64,000 nucleotides of DNA from the IMG/VR virus record IMGVR_UViG_3300008262_000013; one strand, written 5' to 3'. Below the pieces are notes generated by a model. That model was not told the origin of the DNA, made no database searches, and saw only the letters and a list, made by a program, of their open reading frames with translations. Position 1 is the first letter of the stretch; each line of letters opens with the position of its first letter. This DNA is from a virus. Its lineage: Duplodnaviria; Caudoviricetes. Positions 57,701 to 64,000 of this stretch are shown in pieces. Made by a program: the position numbers and the translations under genes.

Positions 57701-60056
57701 CGATAAAGCTGTAACGTCTGGTAGTTATGCTAACTCTGCTTTTGTTGCTGCAAATTCTTCTGGTGCTTATGCTAATGCTGCGTTTAATTCTTCGAACATA
57801 GCTTTTTCAGTTGGTGCTACATCTGGCGCTTATGCTAATGCAGCATTTGCTTTAGCCAATACGTTATCTATAAGTGCAGTTGATACTTATGCAAGACCAC
57901 ATGTTAACGCAGCATTTACTCATGCTAATGCATCATTTAATTTAGCTAACACCGCAAATGATACTTCTTTAAGTGGTAGTAATTATGCTAACTCGGCATT
58001 TAGTGCTGCAAATACCTCGGATTCTAAAGCTGTAACATCAGGATCATATGCTAATGGAGCTTATACTCAAGCAAATACCGCAACTACTAATGCGGCCACT
58101 GCTGATGGTAAAGCTGTAACAGCAGGTGACTATGCTAATGGTGCGTACAGTGCTGCAAATACTTCCGATTCTAAAGCTGTAACAGCTGGCAGTTATGCTA
58201 ACGGTGCTTATGATAAGGCTAATACAGCAGACACTAAAGCTGTAACATCAGGTGTTTATGCAAATTCAGCATTTACTGTTGCTAATACTGCTGATGTTAA
58301 GGCTGTAACATCTGGTTCTTATGCTAACTCAGCGTATGAACAAGCTAATACTTCAAATACCAATGCTGCAACTGCTGATTCAAAAGCAGTAACAGCCGGT
58401 AACTATGCTAATGCTGCCTTTGGATCTGCAAATACATCTGATAGCAAAGCTGTAACGGCAGGTAACTATGCCAATTCAGCATACGGACAAGCAAACACTG
58501 CTACAACTAATGCTGCTACAGCTGATGGTAAAGCAGTAACATCCGGATCTTATGCTAACTCTGCTTTTGATACAGCTAATACTGCTGACGGTAAAGCTGT
58601 AACATCTGGTAATTACGCTAACTCTGCTTATGGTCAGGCCAACACCGCAACTACAAATGCTTCTACTGCTGACAGTAAAGCAGTAACAGCTGGCGATTAT
58701 GCTAATTCTGCTTACAGTCAAGCTAATACATCGGATAGTAAAGCGGTAAGTGCAGGATCTTATGCTAATGGAGCTTATACTCAAGCTAATACCGCAACTA
58801 CTAATGCAGCTACAGCTGATGATAAAGCGATAAGTGCTGGATTATACGCCAATTCTGCGTTCACTGCTGCTAATACTGCTGACAGTAAAGCATCAAGTGC
58901 AGGATCTTATGCTAATGGAGCCTATACTCAAGCAAATACCGCAACTACAAATGCGGCTACTGCTGACAGTAAAGCGACAAGTGCTGGACTATACGCCAAT
59001 TCAGCATTTGGTGCGGCTAATACCAAGTTCTCATCTTCAGGTGGTACCGTAAGTGGTGATGTAATCATTACTGGTAATGTAACAATTCAAGGAAATACCG
59101 CCGAATTTAGTGTACCACATTTCATTGTTCAAGATGGCATAATTGAAGTTAATGTTGAACAGATAGGAAATAATCCCGTAGAAAACGCTGGTTTAAGAGC
59201 CATGCGTGGAGATTTAAATCCAACATTAATTTTATGGAATGAAACGAATGATAGTTGGTCGTTTACAAATGATGGATTAAATTATAGTAATATTGCTTCA
59301 CAATCAGCAGAAAGTTATGCTAATGCAGCATTCAGTTCTGCCAATACGGCCAACAGTAATGCTATAAGTGCAGGCAGTTACGCTAATTCAGCTTATGCTT
59401 TAGCTAATACTATATCTTCTGGCGCAATTGATAACTACGCTAGACCACATGTTAATGCAGCATTTACACATGCTAATTCATCTTTTGATGCTGCAAATAC
59501 TGCCGACTCTAAAGCTGTAACAGCTGGTAGCTATGCCAATAGTGCATTTGGTGTTGCTAATACTAAGTTAAGCACATCAGGAGGCACAATCTCTGGTGAT
59601 TTAAGTGTTACTGGTAATTTGACGGTATTAGGTAATGCTACTTCTATAGCTGTTTCAAGTATAAAAATAGATGATTCTTTAATTCAATTAGCTGCTAATA
59701 ATGAATCGTCCGATACGATTGATATAGGTTTCTTTGGTCATTATAGCCCAGATGCTGGCGTGTCTAAAAAACATACTGGTTTATTCCGTGACGCTAATGA
59801 TGGTCGTTATTATCTATTTTACAATTATGAAGATCCTAGTTTCGAAACTCTATCGCCGAATAATGTAATTGATGTTGCTAATTCTACTTTTAGAGTTGCT
59901 AATTTAACTGCAAACGTCATTACAGATGTAATATCAATTCGTGGATATGATCCAATTAATTATACAAATACTGTTTATACTCATGCAAATGCATCTTACT
60001 CTGCAGCAAATACTGCTATATCCGACGCTTTAGCCTTTGCCATTGCACTAGGATAA
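54786..60056 (+). CDS. Giant repeat-rich tail fibre/adhesin (1756 aa)
   Basis: N-terminal GELAYS..LFIG, GTYGNSTNIPVITVDTKGRVT; dozens of YANSAF repeats; five GGT-x-GD...WNE-type modules; C-terminal ALAFAIALG. Confidence 0.8.
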   Translation: MSTAIVTKYSTANTVPTANSLLGGELAYSFPSGNLFIGTEAGSYEIIGGSYYTNIIDQRSSNTSSGTLVLRNVDGDIRTSVFISTQDDTPGFIGNLDGIADRANALHNSVQIVLSGDVQSNVFTTFGNTVNFQVELSTIVPGVSGTYGNSTNIPVITVDTKGRVTAVSNLAISVASQEQATAAFDKANAANVLAQAAFNAANSLSPNFNQSAFDRANAAFNLANSSSLAANTPSSIANIALDLAGLSYIHANAAFAVANTGANAGQTANEAYSLVSYVSTSVNASFDTANSAYDASVNTANIVVALGELIQSFQGVAVNAENISVSTNTSTTLAYRHANASFNAANTKLSLTGGTINGNVSIVGNLSISGDVNYIGTNQLLIGDNIITLNADLPNNLAPTQNAGIEVARGSSSNVHITWNEVADRWTFTNDGTNYSNFATDSAESYANAAFAQANSSFALGTQAGISVSAAFDRTNSAFTRTNSSFSQANASYNTANAAFIQANTPSHVANSASLYANAAFAAANSLSPEFNQSSFDKANAAFNSSNSVANVVGSYSNSAYTHANAAFAAANSITFSVTDLYARAHSNAAYTNANNTLAVADSSYTQANLATVIAVAAYAKANSIIDLATGQAAFDASNSAGNYANSSFIHSNAAFAYANTLAADSVDFFARPHVNAAFTHANASFIHVNSAFSAVNTKFSSSGGTITGNVIINGNVTIDAIQASLSVSTLSVQDNIIDISSETVGTPTNPAGIRVIRGDEVPVQFRWNESLLKWTFTNDGFTYSNVGSSTAEEYANSAFLKSNSSYESQNTTGIYANLAFTHANSAYESQNVTGIYANSAYSLANTKFSSSGGTVSGDIVVTGNLTIVGETVYANTQTVLIKDNIITLNAATNLLSPAIFNAGIEVNRGSLSNVALIWNETVDNWQYTVDGTTYTNLSSASAESYANAAFAAQNTTAIYANSSFSAANTADDKAVTSGSYANSAFVAANSSGAYANAAFNSSNIAFSVGATSGAYANAAFALANTLSISAVDTYARPHVNAAFTHANASFNLANTANDTSLSGSNYANSAFSAANTSDSKAVTSGSYANGAYTQANTATTNAATADGKAVTAGDYANGAYSAANTSDSKAVTAGSYANGAYDKANTADTKAVTSGVYANSAFTVANTADVKAVTSGSYANSAYEQANTSNTNAATADSKAVTAGNYANAAFGSANTSDSKAVTAGNYANSAYGQANTATTNAATADGKAVTSGSYANSAFDTANTADGKAVTSGNYANSAYGQANTATTNASTADSKAVTAGDYANSAYSQANTSDSKAVSAGSYANGAYTQANTATTNAATADDKAISAGLYANSAFTAANTADSKASSAGSYANGAYTQANTATTNAATADSKATSAGLYANSAFGAANTKFSSSGGTVSGDVIITGNVTIQGNTAEFSVPHFIVQDGIIEVNVEQIGNNPVENAGLRAMRGDLNPTLILWNETNDSWSFTNDGLNYSNIASQSAESYANAAFSSANTANSNAISAGSYANSAYALANTISSGAIDNYARPHVNAAFTHANSSFDAANTADSKAVTAGSYANSAFGVANTKLSTSGGTISGDLSVTGNLTVLGNATSIAVSSIKIDDSLIQLAANNESSDTIDIGFFGHYSPDAGVSKKHTGLFRDANDGRYYLFYNYEDPSFETLSPNNVIDVANSTFRVANLTANVITDVISIRGYDPINYTNTVYTHANASYSAANTAISDALAFAIALG
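57600..59030 (+). repeat. Array of 14/21/28-aa coding repeats (YANSAF..ANTADSKAVTxG)
   Basis: YAN-to-YAN spacings counted at 14, 21 and 28 aa. Confidence 0.85.
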
Positions 60057-60059
60057 ATA
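60052..60059 (+). promoter_or_regulatory. Possible late promoter (GATAAATA)
   Basis: Overlaps the fibre stop codon, upstream of a GAGGA RBS for 60080. Confidence 0.4.
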
Positions 60060-60079
60060 TTGTTTATTGAGGAAAATAA

Positions 60080-60403
60080 ATGGCAAATACGTTTAAAAAT
60101 AGTTTTTCACAAAGTGTAGGTCAAACTTCAGACACAATTTATACTGCTACTGGTGTTCAAGCCACCGTTATAGGTATGAGTGTTGCGAATGTTACTCAGG
60201 CAGATGTAAAAGCAAATGTTTTTGTTACTTCTTCCGGAACAGATTATTTCTTAGTTAAAAGTGCATTGATAGAACCTGGTAGTGCATTAGTTCCTATTGG
60301 AGGAGATCAAAAATTGGTTTTAGAGTCTGGTGACTTAATTAAAGTTCAATCAGATACATCTTCTTCTTTAGATGTAATCTTAAGCGTATTAGAAATAAGC
60401 TAA
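60080..60403 (+). CDS. Conserved small virion protein following the fibre gene
   Basis: MANTFKN, ATVIGMSVAN, DYFLVK, GGDQKLVLESGD.IKV, DVILSVLEIS. Confidence 0.75.
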   Translation: MANTFKNSFSQSVGQTSDTIYTATGVQATVIGMSVANVTQADVKANVFVTSSGTDYFLVKSALIEPGSALVPIGGDQKLVLESGDLIKVQSDTSSSLDVILSVLEIS

Positions 60404-60404
60404 C

Positions 60405-63400
60405 ATGACATATTCTTATATTGGCAATCAGTCTACTTCCAATCAACTTAATAAAGTTAAAACTGAAGCTAACTCAGCATTTAGTGCTGCAAATTCTTCA
60501 GGTTCTTATGCTAACTCAGCATTTAGTGCTGCCAATACAGCCGACAGTAAGGCTGTAACATCTGGATTATATGCTAATTCAGCCTACGCTTTAGCTAATA
60601 CTGTATCCTCTGGTGCAATCGATAATTATGCTAGACCACATGCTAACGCTGCATTTGAGGTAGCTAACAGTAGTTCTTCTTATTCTAATTCTGCATTTTT
60701 AGCAGCCAATACATCAGACAGTAAAGCTGTTACGGCTGGTTCTTATGCTAACTCTGCTTATGGTCAAGCAAACACTGCCACAACTAATGCTGCTACGGCC
60801 GATACTAAAGCTGTAGATGCTGGTAATTACGCTAATTCAGCGTTTGGTATTGCCAACACAGCAAATGTCAATTCTATTTCTGCTGGCAGTTATGCTAACT
60901 CTGCTTATACTCAAGCAAATACCGCAACTACAAATGCTGCTACAGCTGATGGTAAAGCAGTAACAGCTGGCAGTTATGCTAACTCATCCTTCAGTGCAGC
61001 TAATACTGCTGACGGTAAAGCTGTAACATCTGGATCATACGCTAACTCAGCATTTGCAACAGCTAATACTGTTGATGATAAAGTATCAACATCTGGATCA
61101 TACGCTAACTCAGCATTTGGTGCTGCCAATACAGCGGATACTAAAGCAGTAAACGCTGGATCATATGCTAATGCTGCCTTTGGTCAGGCTAATACAGCCA
61201 CAACTAATGCGGCTACGGCCGATAGTAAGGCTGTTAGTGCTGGTAATTATGCTAACGCAGCATTTGATGTTGCTAACACTGCTGATGGTAAAGCTGTAAC
61301 AGCTGGATCGTATGCTAATTCGGCATATGTTCAGGCTAATACAGCTACTACTAATGCGGCCACTGCTGACAGTAAAGCAGTAAGTGCTGGAGAATATGCT
61401 AACTCATCTTTTGGTGCAGCTAATACTGCTGATAGTAAAGCTGTAACAGCTGGTAATTACGCTAACTCAGCATTTGGTTCTGCAAACACCGCAGACGCTA
61501 AGGCTGTAACATCTGGATTATATGCTAATGCAGCCTATGCTTTAGCTAATACTATATCTTCTGGTGCAATTGATAACTATGCTAGACCTCATGCTAATGC
61601 TGCATTTGAGGTAGCTAATTCAGCTTCCAGTTATGCTAACAATGCATTTGCTTCTGCTAACACGGCCGATAGTAAAGCAGTAACATCTGGTAGCTATGCT
61701 AACTCAGCATTTAGTGCTGCCAATAACAAATATTCTTCCTCTGGTGGTACTATTACAGGAGATGTTGTTGTTACTGGTAATTTGACAGTAAGTGGAACTC
61801 AGACTATTATTAATACTGAGACATTAAATCTTGCTGACAATCTAATTGACCTCAATAGTAACTTTACATCGGGAGCACCTACTGAAAATGCCGGTATAAG
61901 AATTATACGCGGTGATGAGTTGCCCGTACAATTGAGATGGAATGAAACTGTAGATCAATGGCAATTTACTGTTGATGGATCTAATTATAATAACATAGCT
62001 TCACAATCAGTAGAAAGTTATGCTAACTCAGCCTTTGGTACTGCTAATACAGTAGACAGTAAAGCAGTAACAGCTGGCAGTTATGCTAATTCCGCTTTTG
62101 GTACTGCTAATACAGCTACTGCAAATGCTGCTACAGCTGATGGTAAAGCAGTAACAGCTGGCAGTTATGCTAATAGTGCTTTTGCTGCTGCGAATACTGT
62201 TTTAAGTGGTTCAGTTGACAACTATGCTAGACCTCATGCTAATGCAGCATTTGAGGTAGCTAATAGTTCCTCTGTTTATGCTAATTCGGCTTACGGTCAG
62301 GCTAATACCGCAACTACCAATGCGGCTACTGCTGACAGTAAAGCGATAAGTGCTGGCAGTTATGCTAATTCAGCATTTAGTTCTTCTAACACCGCCACAA
62401 CAAATGCTGCTACTGCTGACAGTAAAGCAGTAAGTGCTGGAGAATATGCTAACTCTGCTTACGGTCAAGCTAACACCGCAATCACTAATGCTGCTACTGC
62501 CGATTCTAAAGCTGTATCAGCAAGTGACTATGCTAATGGTGCATTTAATACTGCGAATAGTGGTTCGAGTTATGCTAATTCAGCATTTTTAACATCCAAT
62601 ACTGCTGATAGTAAAGCTGTAACATCTGGTAATTATGCTAATGCAGCCTTTGCTTTAGCTAACACAGTATCAAGTGGATCGGTTGATAACTACGCTAGAC
62701 CACATGCTAACGCAGCATTTGAGGTAGCTAATTCAGCTTCCAGTTATGCTAACGGTGCATTTGCTTCTGCTAACACGGCCGATAGTAAAGCAGTAAGTGC
62801 TGGTAATTACGCTAACTCGGCTTATACTCAAGCAAATACTGCTACGACTAATGCTGCAACTGCTGATGGTAAAGCAACAAGTGCTGGTTCATATGCTAAT
62901 TCAGCTTATACTCAAGCAAACACTGCTACGACTAATGCTGCAACTGCTGATGATAAAGCAACAAGTGCTGGTTCATATGCTAACTCCGCATTTAGTTCTT
63001 CTAATACTAAATTCTCATCTTCTGGTGGTACTATTACAGGAGATATTGTCGTTACTGGTAATTTAACGGTAAGTGGAACTAGAACGATAGTAGATACAGA
63101 AATTGTAACTATAGCTGATAATTTAATTGATCTTAACAGTAATTTTGTTACCGGTACTCCTACTGAAAATGGTGGCATAAGGGTTATCCGAGGTGATGAA
63201 GTACCTGTACAATTAAGATGGAATGAAAGTGCAAAATATTGGCAGTTCAGTAATGATGGTGTATCATATTCAAATGTAGCTTCTCAAATATCTGAACAAT
63301 ATGCCAACTCGGCATTTGCAACTGCTAACTCCGCTGATAGTAAAATAACTACAGTAGGTAACTATGCTAACTCGGCATTTGGTGCTGCTAATACATCAGA

Positions 63401-64000
63401 CAGTAAAGCTGTAACAGCTGGATCGTATGCTAACTCTGCTTATGGTCAAGCAAATACAGCAACTACGAATGCTGCTACGGCCGATACTAAAGCTGTAACA
63501 GCTGGCAGTTATGCTAATGCAGCCTTTGCTTTAGCTAATACAGTATCAAGTGGTTCGGTTGATAATTATGCTAGACCACATGCTAATGCTGCATTCAATA
63601 CTGCTAATAGTGGATCAAGTTATGCTAACTCTGCATTTGGTGCAGCTAATACTGCTGACTCTAAAGCAGTAACATCTGGTAATTACGCTAACTCAGCTTA
63701 TGGTCAGGCTAATACAGCAACTACGAATGCTGCTACTGCTGACGGTAAAGCAGTAACAGCTGGATTGTATGCTAATGGTGCGTACAGTGCAGCTAATACT
63801 GCTGACGATAAAGCAATAACATCAGGATCATATGCCAATTCAGCATATGGACAAGCAAATACAGCAACTACCAATGCGGCCACTGCTGACAGTAAAGCAG
63901 TAACGGCAGGAGACTATGCTAACTCATCCTTCAGTGCAGCTAATACTGCTGACGGTAAAGCTGTAACAGCTGGTAATTACGCTAACTCAGCCTATGGTCA
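60405..64000 (+). CDS. Second giant repeat-rich fibre, 3'-truncated by the window edge (absent from the ORF track)
   Basis: ATG at 60405 gives MTYSYIGNQSTSNQLNKVKTEANSAFSAANSSGSYANSAF...; the same repeat frame is read at the window end (...YANSAYG); contains the same repeats and two WNE modules (~61730-62010, ~63000-63290). Confidence 0.88.
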   Translation, partial: MTYSYIGNQSTSNQLNKVKTEANSAFSAANSSGSYANSAFSAANTADSKAVTSGLYANSAYALANTVSSGAIDNYARPHANAAFEVANSSSSYSNSAFLAANTSDSKAVTAGSYANSAYGQANTATTNAATADTKAVDAGNYANSAFGIANTANVNSISAGSYANSAYTQANTATTNAATADGKAVTAGSYANSSFSAANTADGKAVTSGSYANSAFATANTVDDKVSTSGSYANSAFGAANTADTKAVNAGSYANAAFGQANTATTNAATADSKAVSAGNYANAAFDVANTADGKAVTAGSYANSAYVQANTATTNAATADSKAVSAGEYANSSFGAANTADSKAVTAGNYANSAFGSANTADAKAVTSGLYANAAYALANTISSGAIDNYARPHANAAFEVANSASSYANNAFASANTADSKAVTSGSYANSAFSAANNKYSSSGGTITGDVVVTGNLTVSGTQTIINTETLNLADNLIDLNSNFTSGAPTENAGIRIIRGDELPVQLRWNETVDQWQFTVDGSNYNNIASQSVESYANSAFGTANTVDSKAVTAGSYANSAFGTANTATANAATADGKAVTAGSYANSAFAAANTVLSGSVDNYARPHANAAFEVANSSSVYANSAYGQANTATTNAATADSKAISAGSYANSAFSSSNTATTNAATADSKAVSAGEYANSAYGQANTAITNAATADSKAVSASDYANGAFNTANSGSSYANSAFLTSNTADSKAVTSGNYANAAFALANTVSSGSVDNYARPHANAAFEVANSASSYANGAFASANTADSKAVSAGNYANSAYTQANTATTNAATADGKATSAGSYANSAYTQANTATTNAATADDKATSAGSYANSAFSSSNTKFSSSGGTITGDIVVTGNLTVSGTRTIVDTEIVTIADNLIDLNSNFVTGTPTENGGIRVIRGDEVPVQLRWNESAKYWQFSNDGVSYSNVASQISEQYANSAFATANSADSKITTVGNYANSAFGAANTSDSKAVTAGSYANSAYGQANTATTNAATADTKAVTAGSYANAAFALANTVSSGSVDNYARPHANAAFNTANSGSSYANSAFGAANTADSKAVTSGNYANSAYGQANTATTNAATADGKAVTAGLYANGAYSAANTADDKAITSGSYANSAYGQANTATTNAATADSKAVTAGDYANSSFSAANTADGKAVTAGNYANSAYG
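62821..62988 (+). repeat. Near-identical 84-nt tandem duplication (28 aa)
   Basis: Units at 62821 and 62905 differ at only a few positions (e.g. AAT/AAC, GGT/GAT). Confidence 0.85.

Noticed and set aside
58476-63178. Short alternative-frame or antisense ORFs (58476-58784, 58834-59052, 62797-63066, 62912-63178)
   Set aside because: They are artefacts of low stop-codon frequency in the repetitive fibre genes and lie wholly within long + strand ORFs.
57600-64000. Highly repetitive DNA that could be taken for a CRISPR array or satellite
   Set aside because: Repeats are in-frame multiples of 21 nt with synonymous variation and no unique spacers; they encode fibre stalks, and no cas genes are present.
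27438-64000. Possible diversity-generating retroelement (TR/VR pair) in the fibre genes
   Set aside because: No reverse transcriptase in the window, and differences between repeat copies are not restricted to adenines.
1-64000. Stop-codon reassignment, introns/inteins, tRNA genes
   Set aside because: Genes are full length and tightly packed in the standard code, with TAA, TGA and TAG all used as stops (TAG at 53328 and 54200). No intergenic gap is large enough for a tRNA or intron, and no intein motifs were seen.

Overview
This is a 64-kb segment of a large AT-rich T4-like myophage genome, read in the standard genetic code with very high coding density. It has three parts. (1) 1-30650: gp32, then the tail/baseplate module (two tape-measure-like paralogs, gp51, gp26, gp54, gp2, gp4, gp48, gp53, a hub protein, a split gp5, gp25, gp6, gp7, gp8, a 2079-aa DUF4815/VrlC-like virion protein and a fibre with a C-terminal autocleaving chaperone). 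(2) 30654-54200: a ~23.5-kb, almost entirely co-oriented and tightly coupled biosynthetic cluster inserted between fibre genes. It encodes 8 radical SAM enzymes, a 202-aa protein ending in four CTCNCNY repeats (candidate substrate), 2 U32-family proteins, 2 flavin-dependent halogenases, a 2OG-Fe(II) oxygenase, a split transketolase, sugar-nucleotide enzymes, glycosyltransferases, deacetylases and an ErpA/IscA Fe-S carrier. (3) 54249-64000: giant Ala/Asn/Ser/Thr-rich fibres built from heptad-multiple repeats, including an ORF from 60405 that the track misses because it runs off the window. The best candidates for new biology are the phage-encoded radical-SAM/Cys-repeat modification system and a predicted -1 frameshift fusing gp26 to gp51. 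All family assignments come from motif recognition by eye; no database searches were run.
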